Origin: Trichoplax adhaerens
Taxonomy: Eukaryota; Animalia; Placozoa
DNA: 64,000 nt
Assembly (NCBI RefSeq): GCF_000150275.1
Contig: NW_002060947.1
Span: 2,779,740 to 2,843,739 of the forward strand
Reading direction: 5' to 3'
In this document: positions 43,983 through 57,833 of the stretch, piece after piece
Numbering within the stretch: position 1 is the first letter of the stretch
How the letters are laid out: each line of letters begins with the position of its first letter
Translations under genes and position numbers: made by a program
Notes under the pieces: generated by a model
What the model saw: the letters and a program-made list of their open reading frames with translations, nothing else
What the model was told of the DNA's origin: nothing
The model's database searches: none

Positions 43983-46900
43983 ATGAATAGTCAGCTAAAA
44001 TATTGTTTGCATGAAATATTTCGGCGCCAAGCTAGCCGAACACCCGATGCCATTGCTGTCGTCGACCCGGATAACAATAAATCTATGACCTTCAAGGAAT
44101 TAGATATGGCTAGTGAAGTCTTAGCGACTAATTTACGACATAAAGGTATCAAAGTTGACTCTATTGGAGGAATTTACATGGATAAATGCTTAGAATACGT
44201 TATAGCATATATTGCCATCTTAAAAGCTGGTGGAGCTTATCTCCCTCTCGATGTTTCCTATCCACCTGCTCTGTTGAAAATGGTTTTGGAGGACGCAGAG
44301 CCTGTTGCTGTCATCACAACACAAAGTTGGGCTTCGTTATTACCTTCTGAGTTAGAGATCATCGTATTAGATGATGGTTGGCAAAATATTTTGGAACAAG
44401 AAAATACTGCTAGAGGTGACGTTGAACAAATTAAAAACTCTTTGGACGATTTAGCCTATGTGGTTTATTCATCTGGTACAACCGGTAAACCAAAAGGTTA
44501 GTGCTATGCTATGTACGAGTATTATGTGCACTTGTGGCTAAGTTATTGACTATTATATTATTTAGAGTAATTCTAAAACTGTACATTATAAAGTATACAG
44601 TAGTCTTCACAAGAGACGACGAACGTCAAGGGGAGTTTATCCAAGAAAGATTGAAATAATTAAATATTTCTTGGATTTGCTAGATCTAGCCAGCTGTAGT
44701 GATGACGGCTAAAATACATCATGGCTGGGATTAAAGGCATTGTAAATACTGAAATAGCATGCCTCCGGTGTCTTATATATTGTACTAATAGTGTGCATAT
44801 ATGCGTTCAGCCACGTGCATTCACTTTACACTGTAAATTCGGCTGCAATCATGGTTACTGTTAGCGAATAATTTATTTAGCGTGTTATTACTGTACTCCA
44901 ACATGGATAGGCAATTGGCATGTACAGTACTGTATTAGATAATTTAGATCCACTATATCGCTGTGATGTATCAGTGAAGATCATTGAATCGAATCGAATG
45001 TTAAATACTGTCAGTATCATGTTATAATGCTATAGCTTAGCTTAAAAATTATCAAACTAGCAATGGCCGGATATCAATAAATAAATTACATTGATAGAGC
45101 ATATAGTCACTGCACAATATGGCTGCTAGTGTATAGTTATTATGGTAAAATTTATAATTGTATTTACAGTAATGTTACTCGATTTATGTAATAATTCATG
45201 CACTGTACTGAGCAAACTTGTTACAGTTATTTGTACGGCACTCATCAAATCATTCTAGCGGTTTATACGTCGTGTAACTACTTAAGAATAGTTAGATTAT
45301 CGAGATAGAAGAATTAATTGATGGTGCACACGATTGGTTATCGTTCATTTCTAATGTGATTGAAATTTAGCTATAAATCCATAATAATGCTAAAATTGTT
45401 ATGATCGATTGATTAGTCAATCCTAGGATTGACTAACGTATCGGCCAATCCTAGTCTGTTCAATACGAATCAGTAATGTAATCTGTCAATTTCGGGTTTT
45501 GACATAGCTGTTATATTTACGTTCTCCATGCGGAATATATCTAAAATTAGAGGACTCTTAATTAGTTGCTACCACTCCTCGTTTTATAATATTATGATGC
45601 AGTTTATTGGTGTCTTCGCGTTATGGTGCGCGATAATTAAAATGTTTTCGCATGTATTTATTTCAAGTTATAAATTTGTGAATTATATATACTGTACTTA
45701 TAGGCATTTGCTGTCCACATCGCGGAGCTGTCTTTTCCTATACCAAAAGATTCTTATTTTATCCGTTTGAAGATAATGATCGGGTTGCATGCAACGTTTT
45801 TTTTGTTTGGGAGTTGCTCAGACCTTTACTGAAAGGTATCACTCTGTATATTATTCCAAACGCAATAATATACGATCCGGTACTACTATCTCAGTTTATC
45901 TATAAGCACAGAATTACCCGTATCCTTTTCACACCATCATTACTTGAGGCAATGTTGGATTGTAGTGGTATTGACTTTAAAAAAACATTATCCAGTTTAC
46001 GAATCATCATGTTGTGCGGTGAGGTCGTTGCTACGGCTCTTCGGAATCGGTGTGTACGTGTTTTACCGAATGCGAAGCTAGTAAATCTCTATAGTACTTC
46101 GGAATCACACGATATGGCGATGGCTGAACTATCAGGACCATATGGTGCAATTGATAAAAACCGTAAATTTTGTCCTATTGGAAAGCCATACGACGAAGTC
46201 CATGTACTAATCTTAGATGATGATTTAAAGCAGCAGCCGGTTGGAGTTTATGGAGAGGTAGGATACTATAACGAAGCGTTCACTGATAAATTAAGGACTC
46301 ATTACAGTATTAGACGACAAATATGAATTCTACTGTTATTAAATTTTGTGTTATATGATTGAATATCTATAAAATAAAATCTTGCTTATCCGGTTAATAA
46401 AATCAATTATTTCTATGAAAGATATATGTTGGGGGCCCAACATTAGCACGTGGTTATCTTAAACGTCCAGAATTAAATGCTAAGAGATTTATTAAGACCC
46501 CAGATTATCTATCAGCTTACGGTCCGATCCTATATCGTGCTGGTGATTGGGGATGCTTGTTACCTGATGGTCAATTGGAAATTGGTGGACGATGCGACAC
46601 AATGGTTAAAGTTAGGGGTTACAGTATCGAATTGCAGGTGCGTAGTTAATTTCGTTTATGATAATATAGATTCTAATCATATTTATCTGTTTTTGAACTC
46701 TCTCAATAATTGTTACTACAGATATTTGATAAATTGAAAAATTACTAATATTTCATTAACAATTAATTATTATAATTAATGTAGGCGGTGGAAGCGGCTT
46801 TGTTGGAGTTAGATAAAGTGAATGCCGCTGTTGTAATTCCGCAGGGGGAAGAGGGTTCTGATAAATTTTTAGTAGCCTATGTTGTTCCGGAAGGGAAGGT

Positions 46901-49900
46901 ATAGCAGCTTTATTAAAATCACTGTACGATATGTAAACATTTTTATCTGGATCAATTGTATTACAAGCTAATATCACCGATTTTTCAATAGTTTAGTTGG
47001 TTTTTACTTTATTTCCGATTATAAATTTATTAGACTACCAGAAAGGAAATCCGAGAAGCTCTGAAAAAGCGTTTACCTTACTTTATGATTCCGTCTTATT
47101 TTGTTTTTCTTGCTAGGTATATGGAATATTGTTATCTTATTTTATTAGCAATCTAATAATTTTATTATTATGATACATTAATACCTTTTGTAATAACTGT
47201 ACTAGTGTACCGTTGTTACCAGCTTCCGCTAAATTAGACAAAAAGCAGTTACCATTGATAGATCCTTTAAGGGCTGTTCCTAACGATGATGAAGATAGTG
47301 TTCCGAGAACAGAAACAGAAAGAATTATGGCTAAAATGTGGTGCGATGTGTTACAGTTGAAAGCTGTTGATATTGATGAAAGTTTCTTCGATCTTGGAGG
47401 GTAAAAGAATCCTATATACTATAACACTGCTTACTTGCTAGTACTAATGAAGTTTGCTGTAAGATTGGTCGAATGTATATATTCATAATCATAGGCTATT
47501 AAAAGAGTATAAGATCAAGTAATGCAATTTATTAATTGGCTACTTTACGATCATTTATTGTAACTTTTCTAGTCATTCTCTTATGGCAACGAAATTAATT
47601 ACATCGATTAACGATCGGTTTAAAACCAAGCTGAGTGTCCGTGATTTGTTTACGTATAATACTGTTATAAGTATGGCCTCTTACGTTGAAACAGAATTAG
47701 GTATATCGAGTGACCTAAGTGGTAGGCAAACGTGAGTCGAATAATTTTATGAACAGATTACAATGTTTACAGTAGTGTTTGGATCATAATCTGATTTTAA
47801 TATTGATCAATTGTTACGGCGACAGTCCTCGTGAAGTAGATATCAGCAGCTTGGAGTCTGAAGTTGAACGTTATGATGATACAGTATCTGGGTATGAACA
47901 GTATATGTGGAGAAATATGAATTTTGATTACGGTATTAAATTTAGGGGTGTCTACATCATTAAATTACTCATAGATGAGATTTGCTTTACGCCATGTAGA
48001 TTGGATATACAATTGCGGGCTTTTTGGCATTCATTACGCTTTTCGAATAGATGGTATCATGGAAGTGTCTTACTAACCGGGGTCACTGGCTTCCTTGGAG
48101 CATACTTGTTGAAGGAAATATTAGCAACTACAGAGGTCTAGTTGTGCTTATTAATAATAGCTTACTTCATCATCTTATCGCAATTAAAAATTTGTTTAAA
48201 GCTTCCCAATTAAATATGCATTATTATTTTATTGTAGGTTGACGTATATTGTATAGTGCGAGAAGTACCCGATAGCAGCGGTAAGGATCGCGTAAGAGCT
48301 AATCTTGTAAGTTATGGTTTGCTACCGGCTGATCGTAATGATTCAAGTGGCGCTAACCAAGATTTCGAAAATGCATTTTCTAAAAGAGTGTATGCAATCA
48401 CCGGTAAATAATAATATAATTATAATCTTAGTGTAGTTGTTGTGTTATATTGCTCCATAACAGTATAAAGTGTGCTTAGTCCATACTGTATAGTATATCA
48501 CTCAAGTAAGGTTTTCTATGTTACATGTCTTTATGCGATCTAAATTCATGTAGGCGATATAACTTTACGAAATCTTGGAATGACAGAGGAGGAATTTATC
48601 TTTTTGAGTTATGAGGTGAGTAATATTTTGTGAAGCACATTATAAATCCATACATGTATCCAATTTGTTGACTGATTTTGGATTAAATATAAGATGATAG
48701 TTTACTTCTTTATTGCTGACAGGTTGATTACGTTATACACGCTGGTGCTGTGGTTAATTTAATATACCCTTATAAAGTTAGTAATAAAATCGTGCTTTGA
48801 TAAACTAGTAACATACCATGATCCGTACGAAAGAGGATCTACGTATTAGGAATTCGATTTTGTAAATCCTTATCGTAAAGGTAGCTGATATTACTGATTA
48901 CTTTCTTAGATGTTACGATCTGCAAATGTAGTTGGTACGAAAAATATCATTAAATTTGCTTCAGTTGGTAAGATAAAGCCTCTACATCATATTAGGTAAG
49001 GATAGGTTGTTCGTTCGTAGCTAAAACCTGATGACAATTGTAAAGTTGCATTACAGTTTAGGATATACTTAGGCAGGCTTTTAACAGAATCTGTTATATT
49101 ATTTCAGTACAAATGGTATATTTCCGAGAGGAAAACACGGGTGCTCTGAAAATGATGACATGATACAATTTGCTAATCGTCTTACTGATGGGTAACTGAA
49201 TCTAACCTCTGTAAAGAATGAATTTCATCTTTATTTGTTTTTATTGGAATATCGCTAACCTATATTTTTTGTTAAATCATAAATTACTGTAGATATGCGC
49301 AATCAAAATGGGTAGCAGAGCAACTCGTGCTGCGGGCACGTAACAGAGGACTCCCAGTTGTTATTTACCGGCCAGGTAAACGTATTAGTTTTTTAACTGA
49401 CGACTTTGTTAATTTTAACCTTTAAATTTATTCTATCTCAAAGGAAATCTATCTGGAGATAGAGATACAGGTGCTTGGAATCCTTCAGACTTTATTTTCT
49501 TGATGCTAAAAGCTTGCGTTGGTGCTAGATGTGCACCAAATATCGATTGGCAGTTAGAGATGACACCGGTAGATTTTGCGAGCGAAGCTATTGTCCGTTG
49601 TACCCAGGTGATATAGCTTTATCTATATTACTATACGTCGCTTAACGTTACGATACAGGGGTTTACATATTTTATTATTACTTAGACAGTAGTTACAGAT
49701 ATACGAACTAGGATAGCATGCTTTTTCAAAGTATGCAAATGTGCATTAAATTAAACTTTATGAATTACAGCGGGTTGTTGATATAGAATATCTGTGAATA
49801 TACTAAAATATACACGCAGATTGTTCATTCTTCATAAAGATATTATCAGTAGCAACTTATTTACAATTATATATTATTCATGACTAGAATCTCACTAATT

Positions 49901-52216
49901 GCGTTGGGCGAATTTACCATATAACCAATAGAAATACGGTATCTTTCCGGTATGGTCTTAGTATTATATACCTGTTTTATATATTAAAGTAAAGATTAAT
50001 TCAATATGGGCAATGTAGTTACGATCAGTTGTAGAACTTTTGATTGTACGCGTGTTTATAGATGAGAACTATGTATTACTCTTACAGTTTGGTTTGCGAT
50101 ACCTTAAGCCAATTTGGTTGCACATTAAAATCTGTTGATTACGAAGAATGGTTTCAAATGTAAGGGATCGAAATACAAGTATTTCCATAAATTTGATTAT
50201 CTTTTCGCAGAAGTGATCAATTATATTATTATCAATGTAATTAATGTAACAGACTTCATAACGATTCTGCTTCGGATGCTGAATTAAAGGTTGGAAAATT
50301 ACTGGAGACGTTAGTAGGGTGAGCTATTGTGAAGATATATATACGTATAACATAAAGTGGCGTGCTTTTGCCAAGTCAGATTCACAAAGTTTACGTTTAA
50401 ACATACTGACTTTATATGGAATTATCTCCTGTTTTAAATAATAGTACTTGATAAACGCTGTATATTTTTCAGCAATTATTCTGTTTTATATCTTTTAGGA
50501 ATGATATGTCTTTCTTTGGAAATTCCAACACATTCGACAACTCCATCTTTACCGATCAATTGACAAAGTTTGGTCTTACTTATCCGAAAATTGATAAAGA
50601 CCTAATTGAAACCTACTCAAAATATCTGGAGTGTCTTAGGAGTACTAAAATGATTTCTGAAGAGGGTACAGTATACACTAAGTGTTTATTTTTTGATTAA
50701 TGTTGAGAATTTATGGGTTTTAATAATAAAGAAAGACCGCTTGCATTACAGAATTACAGGAGGTAGCTAGTATCAGCAGAGCATCAGGTATGATATGATA
50801 TTTAAACGACCTCCTTTCTTTATGCCCAAAAATATTAATATTAATCATTACTACAATTTAAAATAGAGAATCAACCATTACGTGGTCAAGTAGCAGTAAT
50901 AACAGGCGCCTCAAGTGGAATAGGAGCAACTATTGCTAAACATTTAGCTCTTGCAGGAGCTTCCGTTGCATTAGGAGCTAGGCGAATGGACAGGTTGGAT
51001 ATCTTTCATGCGACCATAAGATTTGCTTATAACTTATTTTCCATGTTTAAAGCTTCTAAGCTATTGTGATTACTATTATTTAAATATATTTACTTAAGGC
51101 TTAAGTCCCTTTGTCAAGAAATTAGATCGGAGGGTGGTAAAGCTATTGGCGTACCAACGGATGTAACCAAAAAAGTTGAGGTAAAGATGATGTCACATAA
51201 AATAGTTTTCTACTTTAAAATGATAACATACTGTATACACAGGGTTGTCCGCTACATTTACTTATTGCTTACGGCGACGGCCTGGTTGAACCTTAGGTAG
51301 AGAAATTAGTGAATACAGCGAGGGAAGTTTTCGGAGAAGTTACTATACTTGTCAACAACGCTGGTTGTATGTACTACACCGAAATGAAGAATGCTCATAT
51401 AAATGAATGGGAAAGGCAAATCGACGTAAACTGCAAGGTAATTTATAATGAGTCACGATATCTGCAAAATATACTTTAACTTAAAATTTGAAGCGTTAAG
51501 TAGTGCTAGTTAATAACTAAAAATTACCGTTACGTACGCTACAGGGTATGTTATACGGAATAAGCAACGTTTTAAGCAGAATGTTAGCAAATGGTTGTGG
51601 CCATATTGTTAACATTTCATCAGATGCTGGTAGAAAGGTAAAAAGTTAATAACACCTAGGTAGCAGACATCGAAGAGAATCTAGACATTTATATATATTT
51701 ATATTAGGTATTTCCTGGTCTAACGGTTTACTCCGGCACGAAATTCTTTGTTGAAGCCATTTCGCAAGGTGTACGATTAGAAACCGCCGGTTCTGGTGTA
51801 AGAGTTACAAGTATTCAACCTGGTACGTTAATTAGATACAATTGGAATATTTTAATTATTATATCTAAAATGTTTGAAGAATTCCTGCTATGCTTATTGT
51901 TGTATAGGTGATGTATCAACGGAAATTCTAACTTACGGTGTAGATGCTGAAGTAAGTACATATATTTGTGCATTTATTGCATATATGAGCGTATATTAGC
52001 ATTTTTTACAAATTTATTTAGAACTACCAAAAATGATTTTATTCAATGGTTAATGAAATGTTATGATTTAAGGCTCGAAAGAAATACGGTGGCAGTGCAG
52101 AATCGAAAATATTACGACCCTTGGACATAGCTAATGCTGTGGTATATGCTTTAACACAACCAAGTTTTGTTGCTGTGAATGAGATACTTATTGAACCTGC
52201 AGATGTACCATGTTAG
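43983..52216 (+). CDS. NRPS-like A-T-R-R enzyme (adenylation, thiolation, thioester reductase, C-terminal SDR); glycine betaine reductase ATRR-like; about 27-28 exons
   Basis: A domain: LKAGGAYLPLD, YVVYSSGTTGKPKG, DRVACNVFFVWELLRPL, NLYSTSESH, YRAGDWG, GRCDTMVKVRGYSIEL. T domain: DESFFDLGG|HSL (phosphopantetheine Ser). R1: VLLTGVTGFLGAYLL, VIHAGAVVNLIYPY, G|YAQSKWVAE, YRPG. R2 (SDR): VAVITGASSGIG, LVNNAG, NISSDAGRK, VYSGTKF. The stop TAG ends at 52216. The exon junctions I checked keep frame. Confidence 0.92.
45413..45436. repeat. Perfect 24-bp palindrome in an intron of the ATRR-like gene
   Basis: ttagtcaatcct|aggattgactaa, with a partial third copy caatcctag at ~45446-45454. Confidence 0.9.
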
Positions 52217-53274
52217 GATATCGCTGATATGCATTATCGTAATTTCTGTAAATTCCTGGATACTTATTTTATATCTCATTAGGCTTAGCTTTATTTCGTG
52301 GCCTTAAAAGCTGTGTGCTCGATATTAATGTTATTAAATGACCTATCCTATGTAGTAGCTATATAATACCTAGTTATAATTAAGGGGAATTTACCAAAAT
52401 AACCTTAAAGTGATAGTTACTTCTTTTTACGGCTTTATAATCTTGTTTTTAAATTATAAGATATGGTATTTATACTATAATGATAATTAACCTTCTTTTT
52501 GATTTGCCGGATAATTGCCCGTCTTATTCGTTATTATTCATCGTGCAATAATTTAGGTCGCTTAGGAGTCGTTCAGTTTTTATTAACTTTTCAATTGTAC
52601 TTATGATGCTCTAGCCATTTCCTATCCATGATCTTAATAAACTGGACGCACGTTATTAATTATAGATATATTAGATAGATATCGAAATCGGCACTTTCGT
52701 GAAATTGATTTGCTTTTGGACTTTTTAATCTTTGAATTTACGTAATTCAGGCGTTTTTATTCCGGAAAGATTACATTCGATACTCTACGAGCATTCAGCA
52801 ATAATGTTTATATTTATAAGCAAACTTTTCAAAGTGCCTCAATCGCAAATACAAATGCGAGCGTATGACATTAGTGCCTTATACAATTAAATGTACTACA
52901 GTACAAGATCTAAAATGAAAATCTTTGACATAACAAGTAGGGCAAAAACGAAAGAATGTAATTTTTACAAACAAGAACAGATGTATACGGAAACATAGAT
53001 CAAAATGACATAAGTTACATTTACCATTCTGTCATTGTTGTATCTATACAGTGCAAACAGAGCACGGTCTTCTAGAAGAGTGTATAAGTAATAATGCAAA
53101 ATCAAAAATTTCTTCAAAGACCATACTGTAGACTGGGTATAGATTGTATCAACTATTCGCAAATATTTCTGAAGATGAATGCAGAATTAAATAATACAGG
53201 ATAAACATCATCAGAAAACAGATAATTTATGAGTCAAGTTATCAGATTAAATTCGTATTATTCCAGTGATAGCT

Positions 53275-56200
53275 TTAAGTCTTATCCGAGTGACTGGTGT
53301 CGTCCTCTTTCAAGTTTACCATAGAATTTTCTTTATCCTCATTCAATTCTGGATTATCACTTGAAACTTCAGCTTTATCTGATGCAGATACAGTGTTGTC
53401 CGACTTACTATCCTCATCTATTTCTGGCGAAAGTCCTTTCGTTGTGGTCTCTGACTGATTTCTCTCCATAGTATTCGCATCCTGTCCTTGATTACCTTCC
53501 ATAACAGAACTTTTATCTGTTGTTGAGCTCATCTGATGGTCACCATCAGGACTTCTTACATTGTGAACATCAACTCGGCATGTTATGGAGTCATCAGATG
53601 ATTTCTGTAACTCCTCGGTAGTAGACATGACACCACTGGCTAATTTTTGAATATTTTGCTCAGCTCTTCGTCTTATTTCAGCTCGTCGTTTATCTTCATC
53701 ATAGAGCTCTTTTGTAGGACCGTCAACAGAATTAACAGAGGAATGACGATCAATTTCTGAATCGCCTGATACACCATCGTCTTCAGAGGAGTCGTCCGGG
53801 GTGACATAAACAACTTCCAAAAGAATTTCACCATCTGCTTTTGATAAAATATGAACAGCTTCAACATGACTGGAATGTTTCAAAGACATGCCATTCACTG
53901 ATAGGATTGCATCGCCAATATATAAACCTTTACAACGTTCAGCTGGTGTTTGTTTATGGATCTCTGATATTAAAATGGGAACCCCATATTCTCTACCTCC
54001 CTATCATCAAATGTAGTCGTAGTTTTAGGCTACTAATAGGTACGATAGATATATCGTCAAAGCTGTTTACTTTAGGATATTAACCAACTATTTACGCGAT
54101 TATTAAAGTTTATTGACATTTTATGTCAATCCTTTATTATTTTTGATAAGTGATACAATGGCCCTTATATCATGCAATGTCATAGCTTTAGTTGTTTAGG
54201 CAATAATTCAAAATTAAATATTAGAGTACTTACCGTAATAGAAATCCCTAATCCTTCAGAACTATCCTTAAAAATTTGGACAGTTCTTATTTGGCCAATT
54301 CCTCTACGCTTTTGATGCTTAGGTACTTTAACTGGTGTTGGAGATTGAACCGGCTTATCGCTAGATTGGTTTCGCATTTTGCAAGTTTTGACGACAGTTT
54401 TATGCCGATGGAGATTGATTTCAGCCTCCAGTTGATTCCATAAAGCTTCATGTTGAGCGCCTTTCATATCTCTACCTAGTAATTGTAATTGCTGAACTCT
54501 AAAAGTAGTTATCAAACAAGGCAATACAATAAATATTCGACGTAAGTGTATAAGCTTTAAGACGAAAGTGAGTGATAGATTGAAGCAAGCAACAGTCCAT
54601 GATTCTTTAGGTTCGCGTAATGAATTTACAAGTAATGAAGAGTAAGAAACTAATTACAGAAATATTAGCTAACCTCCCAGCCAATTCTTTATCTAGATAT
54701 TTGGTAGCCAATCTAGCAGCATATAACTCGCTTTGTAAATAATCGATATGATATCTTAAGTCTACATTTTCTTTCCTAAGTAATTCGACTTCGGCTCGTA
54801 AGCGAGACTCTCGATAGGCACTCTGGCGAGATTGTTCTATCTCCAAAGCCTATAAAATTGATAATATTAATACGTGTGTCAATCAGTAAATGGCAATAAC
54901 GAAAACATCTAGCTAGAATATCAATCCTAGTCAAAGTAATTTTATCCAACCTGGTAGAGAAGTGTATATGACAGCAGATATTAATAATTGATAGTTCGAA
55001 TGTATAAAGTTAGATCTATAGTACATAAGTAGCGGAGATAACATAACTCATTCACATTCTTACGGGACTCACAAGTTTAGATTTATTCTTATCACCATCG
55101 ATGGGTTGATTGTCGGAATTTGCCCCATCCTGATCAGGATGTAACCGCACCAATTGATTGTGTAGTTCTTTTTCTAGAGCACATTTTGCAGCTCTTTCAT
55201 CACAAATATCGGCTCGTAAACTGATAAGTTGTGCCTAGTTCAGGGTCACGTTAAATATTTTATAAAAATTTTATTATAGAACATGATTAACCATATTAGT
55301 TTTCTAATCTTAGCAAAAAGACATTATCGCATATTCTTGTAGAAATATTTACGGCATGACTAAATGAGGCGAATATTACAGTTGATTTCGTTCTAAGTAA
55401 TGATTATCGGTTATCTAAATGACTATATTAGATCGAAACTCGATTGAATGAGAATAAATGGACGTCTCACCGTTTAATAGACTACACAATAAAATTATCA
55501 GTGAATGTAGGTTCTAAATTACTGTCAGTATAGTATTCAAAGCGTAAGGTTGCTATATGGAGCAGCCTGGAACGATAATTAAACGTTATTTTTATTTATA
55601 ACTTTAACATTGAACTATTCAGATATATTCAAGATGTAACATGTGGTCGCAAATTCGTATGTAACGCCATTTTCAGAAGAGAGCAGTTTCAAATGGTTAG
55701 AATCGGTACGAGAGTATCAATACACATTTGAATCATTTGTGCTCAAATATGAAATTTTGTGTATAATGCTGTAATGGCTGCACATGCTTATTTATTATGT
55801 TGTAGGTAAGTGATGAACTGCCAAAGTAGACAAATTATTATTGTACTCGGATTGACTTGAAGCAACTAAACAAAATTTCTTGACATTCACTCACTGAAAT
55901 TTTATCCAAGTACCTGTGTGGTTACAAAGTACAATACAGTACACACTATTATTAATGACACTAACGGAAAGAAAAATTCTTGGTCATAGACAAAATTTTA
56001 TATTGTACGAATTTACACTGTACAGTATATAAGTTTAATACTTGGTTACTAGTTAATGCAATTTATAACACTAGCACTAAAAGCGTAAATTTTCATAATG
56101 TTAACAGATATACAGGTGGATTTCTATCCAATAATTTTCTTCGCAGTGTACTGTGCGATCTATCTTTAACAGGAATTATATATCATACATTGTATTCCTC

Positions 56201-57134
56201 CAGAAGTATGCATATAACAATGTTTAATATACTGTACGTATACATCAATCAATTATGATTTATGTTGTACAATTGCTGCATTATAATCCCTATTAGGATA
56301 ATACCAGGCCTTTAAAAATGCCACATTCAATATAACAAGTACCTTCCTAATATAAAGGTAATCGAGTGTAGGTGCAAACGAGTTTAGATTGTTTCTAATA
56401 AGATACCCATAAGATACTCGTATATTATACAGTACTAAAATTTCGTACAGTTCATCATTTATTGTTACATTTTTAAACTGATAATTAATTGGTGATGCTA
56501 ATAATGGTGTATGATTCAGTACTATGTGTACTGCAAGTGATTCAAGAGCATCTAATAAGGAATGCATCAGTATCCTTATTCCTTTCCTGCTGTCTGTAAA
56601 TTATTTCGTAAATTGCATTAAGATTTAGGCTTGTCCTTGGTTTTCATATGGCTAATTCAGTACAGTAGCAGGACGTAGTGAAATTTTATCATAAATCGTA
56701 CTAGAATAGTAGACAGTAAACAGCAACTGGTAGGCCAACGTCATTACCAATTACGAGATTTACATCAAAAGATTGGGGACCTTATTTAATTATACAGTAT
56801 TAATATCATATTACATAATGGCTATACTCTGATAGTGTCGATTCTAGAAATCATATAGTATATAAAGTGATTCGAGAATCAATCATTAAATTAAATTAAT
56901 TATAAATATCAGGCCAACCTCATATTTAGCATTGGATTGGAAAATGGCTTGAGCTTTTTGTGACAACTGCGCGAATGCAGAGGATAAAAAAGTCATTTTA
57001 TTTCTTCCATCAACAGTTAGCTCGAACTGGTCAGGGTCAATTTGACCTAATAATAGATCTAAATCTACAAAGCTCTTGTCAAAGTCTTTTTCTAAAACTT
57101 CTAACCAAGAAAGCATTGTTACACCGGTGGCCAT
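53275..57134 (-). CDS. GOPC: Golgi-associated PDZ and coiled-coil motif protein (PIST/CAL), 5 coding exons
   Basis: Exon 1 [30 protein letters not shown]; coiled coil [23 protein letters not shown]|[36 protein letters not shown]; PDZ GLGISIT|[15 protein letters not shown]...GDAILSVNG; acidic tail. Exons are approximately 57134-56919, 55235-55072, 54849-54674, 54498-54233 and 54001-53275. Confidence 0.95.
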
Positions 57135-57154
57135 GATGTCTGCTTTGGTGAACC

Positions 57155-57365
57155 TCTACACTGTACAGTGTACAGTCTAGAGTGTACACGGAGTCTACAG
57201 TACAGCACAGTACTGTAGGGTTGAGTACAGTACAGTACAGTACAGTACTGTACACTGTACAGTAGTTGAATAAATTTAATTTAATATCCTACCGATTCTA
57301 CAGTACAGTACAGTGTACAGTATAAATACTGCTAAGAGTACAGTATGTTGTACAGTACTGTACAA
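57155..57365. repeat. TACAG/CTGTA array immediately upstream of the GOPC ATG
   Basis: agtacagtacagtacagtacagtactgtacactgtacagta and tacagtacagtacagtgtacagta. Confidence 0.92.
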
Positions 57366-57562
57366 AATTTCGCTTTGTATTGTAGTAGATTTTGTCTTTT
57401 AAACTGATATTTTATGATGGCAATTACGAGTAGCGTAATTCTATCAACTTGTATCAAAAATTTGCTTTCTAGCTACATAATGGTATAAAGTATAGTAATT
57501 TCACGTTAGTTTCAGTAATATTTTTTCCTTTTTTCGGAGTCTGAAAAGAAAATAAACACTTC

Positions 57563-57736
57563 GTACTGTACAGTGTACAGTACAATATCCCCAGTCCTCT
57601 GGGCTGTGGCGAGGGCTAAAGTCTGTTGTTAATAACTGTACAGTACTGTACTGGAGATAACAGTACAGTACAGTACTGTACTGTACTGTACGTACAGTTT
57701 GGTAGTCTAAAGACGTATTGTACTGTACTGTACAGT
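57563..57736. repeat. TACAG/CTGTA array in the GOPC/LicD divergent intergenic region
   Basis: cagtacagtacagtactgtactgtactgtacgtacag, which is near-palindromic. Confidence 0.92.
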
Positions 57737-57833
57737 AACCAAGCCACCGGATACTGCTCAAGTTACATTTCAGGCGTTTAAGAAGTCCATTGTTAGCCAT
57801 AGAGATTGAAATTTTTCTTTTAACTCCATGACT

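Noticed and set aside
43983-52216. NRPS-like gene as bacterial or fungal contamination or recent HGT
   Set aside because: It has ~27 exons with host-like introns and composition, and is contiguous with animal genes.
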